DNA of 64,000 nt from Gnetum montanum (GCA_015680685.1 MNCI01001903.1:571298-635297); one strand, 5' to 3'; shown: positions 36,961-51,634, counted from the stretch's first letter. Program-made: numbers and translations. The notes: generated by a model from the letters alone, not told the origin.

Positions 36961-37249
36961 GCAAGGATGTCCTTGCCAACAGGGATGAAGATCAACATCT
37001 TAACTAGTGCTTCATGATGTGTAGTAGAAGTCATGACCAAGTCATACAGTTTCAAGGTTTTGTTCTTATATTTCAAAGACTACTTGACCTATTCTATTAC
37101 ACTTAGGAATTTTTTATCATTGACCATGGGCTTGTTACCTCGATTGTGCTTAACTTTCTCCATGCACCTCAAAATGTGTACTTTATGTTTTGGCTACTAT
37201 TGTTATGACTTCTCCTCTTTCCCCTTCCCTTGAGGCCTAGGTTCCTCCT

Positions 37250-39490
37250 GTGATGTATTGGTTGAAGTAGCCTAGGTTGTAAAGGTCATGGGGATGGATG
37301 ATATGGGAGTGGGCTTTGGTGGGCCCACTTCTTTCCAACCCTTCGCCTACTTATTATTATTATTCTTGGCCTATTACATAGGCTTCTTTCACTGCTTAGT
37401 TGGATACTTCTTGTTGTCTTTGTTTGGTTGTGAAGAAGGGGCTATTGCATTAGCTACCATGAAAGGTTGTTGTTTGGCTACATGGGTGGACATAGCTGTA
37501 GGAGGAGGAGGGATCCTAATGACAAAAGGCTCCTTGGGAGGGGTTGGTGATGATACCCTTACAAAAAAGAGGGTCCTTAAGCTAGTAGAAGCTAAAGGGA
37601 CCCTTTTGTTGTAAGGAGAAACTGAAATCATGAAAGATTCTCTCGAAGGTCTTAGATCATGATTAATATTTAACATTGCTATGGTGTATAGCTTGTTATT
37701 GGCATTCAATGGGTCCTTGTACATGTGCATCAACTGATTCTAAGGTTGGACAAGGTTAGAAACATTAAGAAGTAACTCACCCCTATCTATCATCTTTTGT
37801 AGGTCATCCTTCAGTGCAAGGTAGAAGTCAGTGTTGTGACATAGCAAGTAATGATAGTGAAAAAAGTGGTAAACCTTAAAATACCTAGGTACCTAAGGAT
37901 CATTCTTGGTTACTCGAGTGGGATCCTTGGCTATTTCACATAGCCTCTCATGTCTCTTATGGGCATTTTCAATCATTTGCTTGTATTGGATTCTCCCACT
38001 CTTCAATAGTTGATCTACCAGTTGAGATGGTTTCAAAGGTAGCTTAGTGTATTTTGTTTGTTTTTCAGCTTAAAGTTGGGTCTAGAAGTAGTCAATGTAG
38101 TGGCCTTAGATGTTGAACATTGGTTGTTATGGTTGTTAGCAGAGGCCTTAGGTTGATTGGTTCTTGGCCCCTGATTGATCATCATCTTTGTTTTTGGCTA
38201 TAGTTGCCATCATCACATTGTTTTGTCTACTCCTCTCCTTGTCCTTTCATACATGTTGGTTTTTATAAGCCATGTAGGTAGGATTGTGACTAGCCTCCAC
38301 CACATCCTCTATGTTCTTAGTTTGGGAGAAGGCCTAGCTTAGTGACCACAAGTTGAGATAGTATAGTTTTGACTTGATAAAATCATTAATCATCCCCTTG
38401 AGTATAGCCAAAAGGTAACTTTCAGCTATAGGTTCTAGTATCTCATTAATCAAACCATTCTATCATTGGATGAACTTCTACATCGGTTCAAGGGGGCCTT
38501 GCTTAACCTTCATCAGCTAGTCAAGGTTGGTGTTAGACTTCAAGTTATACTTGAAGTAGTTAATAAATTACGAAATCAAGTCATCCAAAGAGGACATGGA
38601 TTCTCTTGGCTAGGCACAGTACCAATTAAGGATCCTAGTTACTGTGTATGATCAAGCTTATAATAACAAGCACTTAGAGTGGAAGGTTATAAGATAAGAG
38701 TTGGGATCACCTTCACTCTTGTACTTTGTAAACTATAGAATGGGGACACCATGGGGACTGTTAGAGGTGGAACCGTAGGACTAATGGGCTCATCTTGATA
38801 GAAGTCCATAACTTTCATGGTCTAGGATTTAGAGGCCTTGAGCCTCTTCAACTCTTATGTAAGGTCTTGGATCATCTAAAAGGCTTGATTGAGGTCTTGA
38901 GGTGGCCCTGTCAATTGTGGGATCTACATGAAAGGCTATAGCATCCATCGGAAGGTCTATGGCCTCACTATTAGTTGCAAAATCGATGGAAGAAGATGTG
39001 TCATCGTGGTGGTCAGTGGTCCAAACAAAGACGTTTGTGCTAGTATCTAGGGCAAAAATGAGACAAAGGGGGTATGTGATCCATGGATTACTCGGAATCC
39101 CATGGTGTACCCCATCTAGGTAGGCAAATGGTTAATGGTTGTCACAACTACCAACGATGGTTGCATAGACTGAGGTTGGGTAATGAATGACATGGAGAAG
39201 GGAAAGGTTGTGGGCTATGGTACCGATTTTGTTTTGGATGCTACAATGATTAGCTTAGGCCAAAACATAGTAGGATAAGGGGGAGATGATGGTTAAGGGG
39301 CATACCTTGTGGAAGAGGCGAGGGGGGTTGAGATGGACAAGGTAGTTTTAAGAGTAGCTTGTTGGAGAAACCCACCTAAGACATTCTCATGTTAAGACTT
39401 GGTCTCAAACTCATCCTCTTCTTCTTGCTACTCATCTGAGCTAGCCTTTCTATCCTCTTCATCCATCTCAATTAGTTGAGATAGGATGCA
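37250..39490 (-). pseudogene. Degenerate gag of element C
   Basis: Nucleotide similarity to element A gag (e.g. DFYQDEPISP; KQGPLEP; YTKLPLKPSQLVDQLLK). Confidence 0.75.
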
Positions 39491-40446
39491 AGTGTAAGTT
39501 TCTATTAAGGATATTTTGTCATATGGGGAAGGAATGTACTCCTTCCCATCTTAGTGATGAGTTTGTACTCCCTTTTGGCCTCTTCTTCCATCCTTGGAAT
39601 CAACATGTCAACCTAAATCTTAGCACAAATGAAGTTATAGTGTTCTCCATTTATGACTAAGAAATTAGGACTTCACCCCCTAAGCCTTAAGGATTGCCTA
39701 CATTCTACTACAGTGGGGTCTTTGGGGTCAAAGACCCTCATGGCCTATTGGCTAGAAGGTGTCTCAGTGAAGTTAAAGGGTAACACAGTCAACTGGATGA
39801 ACAACATATTGAAAATGTACTTTTAGCATTTTTTACTATTTTTAGTAAAAATGTAATAAGTGGGATAATACACTAACATAGTTGACAGAAAATGGAAAGG
39901 TAGTGGGAAATTGCTGTTGTGAAATACTGCATGGTAGATGATCATGTATTGTGCAATAGGCAAGCAATTTTCAACCAACTATGCTAAGTGGTGAAAATGG
40001 AAAAAAAGAGGTTTTCCCAATGAAAATTGGATTTTTAGATGGAAAAAGGATTTTGAAATGAAAAATGGCTTTTAAAATAGAATAAGGCTTTTCAGATGGA
40101 TACTAGGTTATGAAATGAAATACATTTCTAGAAATGGAATATGTTTCCAAAATGGATTTTCTTTTTCAATAGAATGACAAATGGTTTTCGTAATGGGAAA
40201 TGACTTCTAGAATGGAATATGTCTTCAAAGATGGAAAATGTTTTTAGAATGGAATATGGCTTTTGAAGTGGAATATGTTTTAGATTTGAACTAGCAGAAA
40301 CATCCAACTTGATTACCACAACTATGCTAAAGTATGTGGGAAAAGGTTTTGGGTAGCAATGGAATATGTTGGGAGGTTTTGGAGTTGGAAAATGGAATAG
40401 ACTTGGTGTGTGAGAAAGGGGTTTATGGCCATGAATTTGGACAAAG

Positions 40447-40464
40447 GCCCTTTGTTTAGTGCCA
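40447..40464 (-). promoter_or_regulatory. PBS of element C (degenerate)
   Basis: Minus TGGCACTAAACAAAGGGC next to the LTR edge. Confidence 0.55.
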
Positions 40465-40470
40465 GAAAAC

Positions 40471-42056
40471 TATTGGACATGGAAAATTCGGTTGTTGGAA
40501 CAGAAATCGAAATATCCCATGCATCAGAATAGCAAAGGCCTTTGGAAATGAGATTCAAGGCATCCTAGATGATCTAGCCTATCACCCAGGGACTTATGAA
40601 AGTGTCAAAAGACCACATAAATGTATATGGACATGAAAACATAAACATAAATGAAAATGAAAATGTAAGTAGAAATGGAATTGCAGATCTAGGATGGAAA
40701 ATGACACAAAAATGAAAATGTGAAATCAAATTTGCATAACAATGAAATACTACTTTATTACAATAAAAAAAAAGTTGAAAGTTCAAGAAGTACAAATTTT
40801 GTGCTAAGTGCACGAGAAGTCTCTTGAAGGAGTTTGAAGTCCATTAGAACCTACGGTCTGCACTTGAAACTCCACAATCTAGATGCTTCCTAGCTCTAGT
40901 TTCTAGAAACTTTGCATTGGTTTCCATCGGTATCAGTAATTTGTGGTTATAGATTTGTGTTCCACCTTTGGTGCAATGGTATTATGTGGGAGTCACTATG
41001 CCCAATGTAGCTACTAGTTTCTACTACCAAATGGGTTGCAAGGTTGCAAAGGCTCTTAGTTGCAAAATGCTTTTTATGCTATGGAAAATGATAAAAATTG
41101 GGAACCAAAATAAAGTGTCTACATTGGGTTTATATAGGGTTGGAATTGCTTATTTTAGGGCTTGCACATCACTTTCATGATTACTGACAGTATGATGTCA
41201 ATTTGTAGGTGGTAATAGTTACACCTTTCAACGTAGTTGCCATTGATAATAAGCCTAGAAGATACCATAGCCACTAAAGTCATCCATTTACTTTAAATAG
41301 TAAACAGATTTTTGTGACTATGCTAACACCATCCCAACTATGCTAGCCTTGGTGGACTATGCTAAAGTTGTTGGGAAATGTTGGAGAATGTTGAAAATGT
41401 TGGAAAATGTGGAAAATGTTGAAAATTTTGGAAAATGTGGAAAATGTTGGCAACCGCGGAAATTGCTAGAAACTGTGGGAAATGTTGGAAACCATGGCAA
41501 ATGTGGAGATCATGGAAAATGTTATCTACATTGGCCATGCTACAACTGTTGAAGACTTGGGATGACTACGTTGGCCATTGCTAGGAAAATGGAAATGGTA
41601 ATGAAAATGGAAAATGTCACCATTTCCAAAAAATGAAAAATGCTACCAATTCCAAAATGGAAAATCCCATAAGTTCCAACGTTGCATCTACATTGGGTTT
41701 TGTGGTGACTACACTAGGTTGGAAATGGAAAATCCCATCTATTCCATCTACACCTAGGGGTAAATGATTCTAGTGTAGTTGAGGGTATACCCCTAGAAAA
41801 AACCCCATGAAAATGCTAATTTTGGCCATTACCAAGGCATTTTCAGCCTTGCCAAGCCCAAATATAAACATGAGATGCCTTTTTTCTACTTGGGAACTGA
41901 GGCAATAAAAACTTTTGAGGCATTTTTCAACCCCAAAAGCCAAAGTATAAAAGATTGTAGCTCATGGGACTACAAATCTTACATTTACAGTAAAATCATG
42001 CCTCAAGTTGGAAAATAAGGTTATAATTTGTAACATGAAATTTTGGTGGTGTTTTA
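40471..42056 (-). repeat. 5' LTR of element C
   Basis: Both ends align with solo LTR 15515-17231 (CCAGGGACTTA block; ACATTTACA...CATGAAA.TTTGGTGGTGTTT); GGAAAATGT subrepeats at 41370-41520. Confidence 0.75.
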
Positions 42057-44666
42057 AGTACAAGGTGTCCAAAGTGTTCTCTTTCAGTATTTTCTGTAAA
42101 TGTAGATGGTCTAGCCTTGATCATTTTTGCAAGCAAGCAATGAAAGTTTTGACATTAGTCAAAGGGCATACTAGTGCATATAAGTTCTTCTTTAGAGATG
42201 AGTATTTTTATTCAAAAATCTCCTTTGAGCTAAAGTCATTTATGCCTCATGAGTTCCCAAGCTGTGAAGAGGCATCATAGTTAGGGGTGAAGAGACATCA
42301 TAGTTAGGGATTACACTTGAGACATTTGGATCAACCACCAGGAAATCAAATAGTAATGAGGTACAAAGCACTATAGTAATGTCTCATTAGCACAACAAAA
42401 ATAACGTTCGGAAATCAAATGAGCAATTGGAAGGATTTAATGACAACACAGATGCAAGCTAGACAACAAAAATACCAAAATTGAAAAAGCATTCAAAAAT
42501 TTTGCAAAGAATATGCCCACAGATAGAGAGAGTGTTCTTGAACTTGAAAAATATGTTAAGTAGATTGAGTCTAAGTTTTTAATTTCAGAAAATGAAAATG
42601 GTTTGGCAAGTAATAAAAGATTCTCAAGTTCGGATAGCCCTACTAAAAATTAATAACAAAAGCTTTCTACTCAAAAGTGTCGTAGAAAACTATTTATAGA
42701 AGGTAGAGACACAATCCATATTCAATGACTTGATTTTGAAAATCAAATTTATGGTTGTTAAGTGTAACAATGTAACATTTCTTATTTTTTATTTGGAGAA
42801 TGTAATGAAGATAGCCAAGGTTACAACTGGAACTCATCTCCCTCACATTCAAATCTGTAGTAGAATGCCTAGGTTGCATGAAGGAGAGAAGTTTATGATG
42901 TTGGCTGCCTTTAGCCTTAGTTGGAGTGCATAATTCTCTCTATGTTAGTAGTAAAGAGAATTCTCTATATGAGATGCTACAAATTTTGTCTCGAGTTATG
43001 TTATCTCATATGGTAGCCCTATTATGTTTTTTAGTTATACCTTCTTGAACATTTGAATAGTAATTATAAAAGCCAAAATGATTTAAAGAAGTTTCGATCT
43101 ACTGGTGTCTCAATCTACACATATTTGGTTCAATCTACACATATCTTGTCCTATCTACATTGTTCCACTTATTCATATCAAGTTACTGTTATCCTGAGAT
43201 GTCATGTAGGATAATCTAACCGCGAAATTTTTCTGATCTACATATGTTTGCAATTAATTCCTCAACTTCTACGCATCACACATTATTCACATACTAAGAC
43301 TATGATCTGCTATGATCCACATCTTATGTTAGTCATTTAGTTTAACCAGAAATAGAAACTCGGTCTTGACAGTGTGAGCTCTTGCCACATGTTTGTATGG
43401 AATTTCGGTTCGTACTAATTCATGAGATCCGCAGAACAAATTGGGTTTTGCAAGTCGCACATTGTTGACATTCTAATAGTGCAATCTCCTATGATTCGCA
43501 TCTTATTGCTGCTCGCATTTTTGCATGAAACTATTGTTCCCATTATATCATGGGATATGCGCTACAAACTAGAAATTGCAGCAACTCGCACAATGTTGTC
43601 ATTTTAAGCCTGCGATTTGCATAGTTTTTGACTCATAGAATAACCAAAAATAGAAACTTGATCTTCACAGTGTGAGCCCTTACCGCTCGCATTTTAGTGT
43701 GGAACTGCGAATCCCATAATTAACTGCGTCCTGCATATTAATGCTGTAAACTGTGAGTTGAATGCGAACAGCAGTAGGTTGCATCATGCCAAAATATCAA
43801 AAAATAAAAATATGGCTGTTGCAAAGAAAATGACACATTCCAATCGTGCAGCAAACCATAACAAAGAAGAGCACACCGAGAAGGGCAACGCCGTTACAGT
43901 TAGTAGCAAGAGACAACAAGATTCAAAGGCAGTAACGTCAATGACAAGCTCGGTATGTACATTTGCACCCATTTTTTGCACTGTTGTTCTTGTTTTGACG
44001 TGATAGGATTTTTTGTGATGAATTGCGAAAAAATATTCAATTTTTCAAATTTCGATTTGTTCCATTTCTGCAACTTGTCGACTATTTTAGTTCTGGAACT
44101 CACTACCACAATGGCACGAGGTGTGTCATGAGGATATTAAGCTAGAATATGATGGGGATGCACCCTTGTCAACAGTCTGCCATTAAGCATTGTTGGTCTT
44201 TTAATCAAATTGATAAATTTTACCTACGTAAAACCAAAGCAAATGAAATAGAAAGTAAATTCTTCATTTGTTTCCTTTTAGAATTTCAGGGTGATTTCCT
44301 CACATAACTTCGCAATTAGGTTTTAAAGATGATTTAGTAATGGATCTCTTAGAAATGTGATTTAACATCAATTAGCAAAGATATTTTTCTAAAGATATAG
44401 AAATTTTCAGGTTTATTATAGTAGGCACTAAATCATAGTAGTTTGAGTGTAGCATAGTTATGCTTTTTTTCATTTACTAATTTTTTTGGGAGCATTAAAC
44501 ATATGATAATGATACAATTATGTTATTTGCCTTGAAGTTGTTCTCTTATTTTCTATTAATTTATGTCATTTCCATTTGCTTATTTATATTCCTCCTATAA
44601 AACTTGGGTTTTTCTAGTTGAGGTTGTTCCAAGACTTTTAATTCATTAAGTAGGGATATTTCAAGA

Positions 44667-44745
44667 TGGTGAGTGCTACTAAGTACATTGAAGAAATACA
44701 AAAGTTCAATGGAAATAACTACAATCTTTGGAAGCATGCATCATT
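44667..44745 (+). pseudogene. Ty1/copia gag N-terminal remnant
   Basis: MVSATKYIEEIQKFNGNNYNLWK. Confidence 0.55.
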
Positions 44746-45789
44746 GGACTTAAGCCAAAGAACATGATTATTGAAGACTAGAATCAGTTATATTCATACT
44801 TAAGCCTATCTTGTGGTATGTCTTGAGTGGTCTTTCTAAGTTTTATTTGAAGGAATTGGAGGTTGATCTTGCTGCTATTGTTCTAAGCTATTTGTGGCTC
44901 ATTTTGGAGATGGTTGAAGCTTATTCCAAGGACTATCTCTCTTTGTTCTTCCTGTAGGCATTGGTTGCACCTTGTGCTTGCTGTTCTAACCTACTTCTTG
45001 AGGTTGGTGGCTAGGCAAAAATCTAACCTAATTCTTGAAGTTGCAATAACCCAGGCCTAAATTGGTTTTCTCCAAGTTGATCCAATCCTAGAAGTGTGTA
45101 TTCCAAATCTTTGTTGTACATAGATTATCAATGATTGTTAGTTGTTTGGCTTGGACAAGTGAGGATCATATTGTAAGGGCATGTGTGATTTTTTGTGAGT
45201 TGTGAGTCATGCATTTGATTTTTTTGATATAAATGAATTAGGCAAGTAAGTTTGCAATTTCTTTGTGTCATATGCACTTGGTATTTCATGTTTTTATGCA
45301 CTTGTGTCATATGCACTCGGTTAGTAAATTTTTTTAAAAAATCATTATGTATACTTAAGATACAAGTAGATTTTTCTCATATTTTTCTAGAAGGATGGGA
45401 ATCTGCTAGTTTCTCTTGGAAAGCTAAGTTTGAGTGTAGGCATAGTTATGCTTTTGTTCATTTACTAATTTTTTTGTGAGCATTAAACATATGATAATGA
45501 TACATAAGAATACATTTCATTGGAGATTTATTGTTTTTAACAATGTCCAAGGATCTACCGTGTTCTCACTAAGTTATGAAATAAAGGATTAAGGTAATGG
45601 CTAGTTTGATAACTTTGATTTAATCCTTTTATATAATCAAGAATTTCCAAGAATCTAGTGTGTTCTCACTAAAGTTATGCATTAAAGGGTTAAGGTAATG
45701 GCTAGGTTGACAACTTTGATAGATAATGCTTTTTTAGATGATTTTTAGGTTTTAAAATTTTTAATGCTATGTATTTTGTCTTCATAGAG

Positions 45790-47235
45790 AGGTAGTTCAT
45801 AAGCAAACCACTGAAGAAAGTCTAGTAGACTGCAACAACAAGAAAAAAGGAGGCAAACACAAGATCAACAATAGCTTGGCTCCCAAGCTATTACATGAGA
45901 TGCTCAAAGAGAGTAGGACAAATATCATTGGGCTCATGAGCAGCAAGCATGAGAGGAATGCTAGCATCAGGAGGCTTAGTTTAGATCAACCTCGATACAA
46001 GGTCCTAAGGACTTTAGTGCATTGATGCAGCTAGTATGGCCCGAGATACATGCCAAGCTAATTCATCATTGCCTTGGCTTCATCATGAGTGGTGGGATTG
46101 AATATTATGAAGAGTAATCACATCACTTTTACGTGTCATATGTTCAAGGTGCAACATCATTTGTGGTTGTTCACATAGGTGATTCTAGGTTTTTATTAAT
46201 AGAGAAGATCCTACGGGATGCACTAGAAATGGGTGTTGGTACACACAAAGAATTTTTCACTACTACATCTTCAAATAAAAAAATACAAATGCTTACTATG
46301 GTTCCTAAGATGGAGTCAAATGAGACTAGTTGGCCTTACAAGAACTTCACCCCCGAACGAAGAGTTCTTATGAGGGCTATTCACACCAATCTCCTTTTTG
46401 TCACTCATCATACACATGTGATGTCTTTTGCATTGATGGTCCTACTTAACTTGGAAGGAGACTATTCTCTTAACTACTTGCACATTTTACTCAAGAGGAT
46501 AAAAATCCTTACCAAGGCTGCATCAAAAATTCCATTTCCATCAGTTACATCTACTCTTTTTAGGAATTGCAAATTCCACCTCCTAATGATGATGCAAAGG
46601 ATGTGTAGGTGTTTAATGAGGATTAGTTTCCTTATTTGGGATGTGCATTTTATACTCATCGAGTCCCTAAGACTTGTTTTAATGATCTAGTATGGCTTCC
46701 TAGTCCCTGAGTACCAGAGGATGATGGCAAGGCTAGATGGGATGAGTACTCTGGTGAAGGTGATCAACCTCATGTTATCCGTGTTCATCCACTGCAGCAG
46801 CAGCAATTTTGAGATGGGACTACCATTTTTCAATTCTTGAAGGTCATGAAGGCTAGGATAACAACACACATAGATGGTCTTTGTATGAGAATTGATGCAT
46901 TTGAGTATTAGATGCATCAATGCGTTGACCATTTGGAGAGGAGATAGACCTATCTTACCATCAAGTATGAAATAATAGCTAAATATACATTTCAGTAGTT
47001 GAGGGAATTGCATAGAGACATTGATTCATGGGAGCTAGTGGATGACATTCCTAATCTTAAGTTGATGGGCATGGCTACATCGGAGCCCATAGTAGAGGTA
47101 GTACATCAAGTATGGCTCAGATGGCAAATAACCCTATTGAGCAAGTTGATGACACAATGACCAAGGATGATATCATTGACACTAGAGCTACAAAAGCAAT
47201 GGAGGAAGATACCCATGTGGAGGGTGCTCAATAGA
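45790..47235 (+). pseudogene. Putative plant transposon protein (Transposase_32-like) accessory ORF, disrupted
   Basis: ORF 46133-46690: FTPERRVLMRAIHTNLL...HTHV...LNYLHILLKRI...KIPFPSVTSTLF. Confidence 0.6.
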
Positions 47236-50200
47236 GTCATTGTTGACTCTTTTTTTGTTTTTTGTTTTTTTTTTTTAAACCATGTACATTGTTATGGTTT
47301 TTAACATAATCAATAGGGTCTTGATTGACTCTTTGCCATGCTTTTTTGTCATTTGGTGCATCATTTCTGTATAGAACAATTTGGTACATGGTAATTAAAG
47401 TTGAACAGTTCGACCATTTTTGCATTACCTAATATTTATTTTTTCTAATTGCAATCATTTTAAAGATGTCATAAACAATGAAATTACTTTATCATAACTA
47501 AATAAAAGGTTTTCTATATTACTCATTTATAAATTTTGGAGAACAATTTACAATCCAAGTTGATAATATGTGGTGTCTACATTTATTAAACATTGATTTT
47601 GAACATACTACAAGAACATGTGACTCGCATAACCTTGCAGTGTGGATCTCTCTAATGTCATGTGGGTCACATCTTCTCACAACCAAAGATGTGCAATAAT
47701 GCAACTCACAAGGTACTCACATTATGTTAATTGACTAGGAATGCATTAGAATCATGCGGATTACAAATACTCACACTGTCAAAAACTTGTTTCTACTTGT
47801 AAATGTAACTATATGTGTAACGTGGTTGAATGCATTGTGAACTATGACTCAATATTGTCAATTTTAAACATTGATACCATATGTGTTACATCTAGTTGCA
47901 CTATCAAAATGGACTTGTTGTTCTAGACTACAATAGCACGTGTAATGCATGACATCGCAATATCATTACATTCAAACAATCAGCTGACCATTCTACGCCT
48001 TGCATCACCTCATATTGGTAAAAAGTGGTTTCTATTGTGAAATGTGATGACATGCAAATCACATTTATGTACCATAACAATAATGATCTATGGGTCGCAA
48101 GACCTCATATTGAAATAGGTTAATACTACATGTGCATGCAAGTGACAATGGTTTCATAGTCCACCACATTTTTGCAACTCATATAACACCACATCCTTTA
48201 TTTGAAAAGTTGCAATGACATGCACATCACATTGATGTAGCAATTCTCGATTATTATTTTGGTTGTGAGCTGCAACCATTCGCATTGATTCATAACCAAA
48301 CGACATACACATTTATAACATACTGCGAAAGACTACTAATCACATACACTTCCATGTTCATCACTGTCAATGAACTACAATACGCATCGGCTCATAGTTT
48401 ATCATCAAAGATTATATGATAGAGTACAAAATTGATTAACACTTTAAAATTAAGTAACTTATAGAAAGAAGCCTATGAAACACATATTTTGCATAGATAT
48501 TATGAAAAGTTGTTTATTTGATGGAAATGATATTTTGAATACATGTTAAACCTTAAATATTATACACTCCATTTTTTAGATTTCAAAAAATAATAATCAA
48601 ATTATGAAACAAATAAACACCATATATATTTCTAATCAAAAACCTTAAAATAATTACATAGTTGGCCCATGTATAAGAAATTTGACTTTCATTAAAGATG
48701 GCATGCAAGCATTTACATCATTGCATTTTTGTTACATTAGTAATTGGAAATGGACCATGCTCACTATAATCCTCACTTACAAGATGTTGTACACATATCA
48801 ATGTACATGATTAGCATTCAACTATGATTGTTTTCTTGTTTTCTTTGGGAATCATACTTACCATTATTTTCATGCATGATTTTTTCAATGGTGTGTTAGT
48901 GCTTATAGAATTTAGATGATTTTTATCATTTTTGTAGTTTAACATGTTTATGCAAATGCACTTTTCATACATGAGGCCCATGCAAAAATTGATTAGGAGA
49001 TCTTAAGTCTTAATTTATGGAGACAATACCCTTCAACTCCACCTTAAGAACACAAATTTGATCTAGAACCTGAAGGCCCTCTCTTAAATGGTAGATCTAG
49101 TGATAGAAAGATTGTGTTCTTGAACTACAAGTAGTTGATATGCACAATAATCATCAACTGACTATGACCCAAAATATTTATTAGAGATTTTCATTAAGCC
49201 TAAGGCATTTTTAGTTTTACAGGCATGCAAGGGACTCTTCTTGTCAGTTACCACCCTTGCATCCTCTTCTTATAGTGGCAATTTTGTAATGCATCTTGTG
49301 TCAAAGTTATTTTTACATTTATAATTTCTCCACATAGACCTTGTTATGTATCTAGTCCCTATTTTTGTGTTTTAGGTTTTAAAACTATGGAACTTGCTTT
49401 TCTCAATCATATGGGAATGATGAGGTATCCAATGGTATTTTTTATTTCTATTGTAAGCCTTGGACTTTAGAAGTATTTCACATGCCTTGTGTTTGTAATC
49501 CTAGTGTGTTTGGTTAAGGTTTATGTCTCCTAACTTTACACCCTTATTTTCTATGTTATGATTCAACATTTTGTGCATGTTCTAAGTTCCTTAGGATGTT
49601 TCTAGCTTTGTTCAAGCATCCTATGATCCTTTTGGCATGTTTCCTTGGCTTTTAGATTTTAGCCAAAATTGGTAGTTGGAAGTGTGATTTGGAGGATGCA
49701 CTAATTACCCTATGCAACTGAAGAGGTGTTGACACATCCCTTCCTATCCTGGTTTAACCTACTTCACTTGTAGGGTAATCATAATTGGTTTGAATTTCAT
49801 TGATGAACCTATAGTGATACCTAGGCATTGGTAACTCTTTATTATTACATTGTGAGAACTATAAATATCTAGAATGAGCTATCATACATATCTTAAGCAT
49901 AACTTTAATTCCATTTGAGCTTTTGATGTTGGGTTTGTGTGGAGAGCTCTTCCATCCTTTTGTAAGTTGATTGCCTTCCTATTTTATATCTCTATGTTTT
50001 GAGTCATCACTTTCACAAGTGTAACTAGGCTCTGTTAGAGTGCTACATTGTTTATGTAGCCTAGAACTATTTGGTTAATAGAAGTCCAGTGTTTGCACAG
50101 TGAATAAAACTTATGGGTTTTTCTTTGTTTGACATTATTAATATCTTAAAACATAAAACACTAAAAATATTTATTTCATTTCCATTTCATTAAGCTATAA

Positions 50201-50517
50201 TGATTCATCCTTATCCAAAGAGTTCACAACTATATGGCATGGTTTTGGATCATCGAGATTATGACTAAGAATCTTTTATCACTTTTCTTATATGGTGTTG
50301 CACCTATCCCATAAAGGATGGCAACAGATGTAAGCAATTATAAGTATTGTGCTTCCTTATGTATAATTATGATGTGTATGTATTCACTATTGTTTTATTC
50401 TTATATTTATAAAATACATAAAATTATAAATATTTTCTTCTTAACTCTCTACCATTGAAACATAGGTATTCATTGTATTATGTGTACCATATCATCTTTT
50501 ATATTTCTTGAATGCAA

Positions 50518-50641
50518 NNNNNNNNNNNNNNNNNNNNNNNNNNNNNNNNNNNNNNNNNNNNNNNNNNNNNNNNNNNNNNNNNNNNNNNNNNNNNNNNNNN
50601 NNNNNNNNNNNNNNNNNNNNNNNNNNNNNNNNNNNNNNNNN
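50518..50641. other. Assembly gap
   Basis: N run. Confidence 1.

Positions 50642-50688
<47 letters not shown>
50642..50688. repeat. (TC)n microsatellite
   Basis: Direct reading. Confidence 0.98.
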
Positions 50689-50690
<2 letters not shown>

Positions 50691-50815
50691 ATTTAAGAAA
50701 ACAAAAAAAAATAGAAATAAGTATAAACAAAGTAACTAAGCAAATCCGTGCCCATACAAGAAATTCCATTCATGAGAAAAGTTGATTTTTTATTAGTTGA
50801 TATGAAGAGACTTAT

Positions 50816-51634
50816 TGATGGGAGGTGATATCGCATGGGCTTCGATATCACGTACGTGATATCGTGTACACGATATCGCGGTCCACGATATCATGGTCTG
50901 CCACCAAATCTATAAATAAGAGGTAGCTCTCCCTTGTTTCTCATCCTAAGCTTACACTGTAGCAAAACTATGGCAGTTTGATCCCTTCAGAGATAGAATA
51001 TTTTCCATGTGCCCATAGTAGGAGCTCCAAAGTGAACGGATCTTTATTCGAGCAAATATTGTACCTGAACACATGTTTGTGTATGGCAATAAAGACGAAC
51101 TTCTTGGATAAACATTGCAGTGCATGGAATATGCTAAATAGGATTTTATTTACTGTTATTTACTGTTTACCATTTAAATGCTTTATTAGTCATTAAATCT
51201 TCCTCAACTTCTCTCCTAGTTAAGTGCCTCAGTATGACTGCTTCGAGCACGGGCGTTATGCTTGGTGATCCCAGCAATGACTAGCGTTTGGTAACCAAGG
51301 TTGCATTAGTTTAGGGTGTGAACGGTAATTGGGAATGGATGCTAACACTAGGTTAATTTAGAATTAGTTAGTTAGTTAAAGTTAGTAATTAGTCTCTTCA
51401 CCCTTCACCTTATCAGCATAGGAGATAAAAACCGAAAATACATAAAAATAATATACCTCAGACTTACTTAACCATAAAACCGTGACACTACAAGTAAGTC
51501 TGGGAAGACAACGAATAATTAACCTTAAGTGTTCCATGAGGTGTGTAGGCACTTAGTCTGCGGAGTTCGACTAGATCACACGTGCTACACTCGTATTCGT
51601 ATGGTTGAGTGTAGGGGTACCTCGCCACTCATCA
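50816..51634 (+). repeat. 5' LTR of element D
   Basis: Near-identical to 55590-56403; TATAAATA at about 50911. Confidence 0.95.

Noticed and set aside
49020-49210. Possible gypsy RT N-terminal remnant (HKFDLEPEGP..N, FIKP)
   Set aside because: Too short and degenerate to call
50978-51196. Duplicated 72-aa ORF (also 55746-55964)
   Set aside because: Lies inside the LTRs; its conservation is explained by LTR identity
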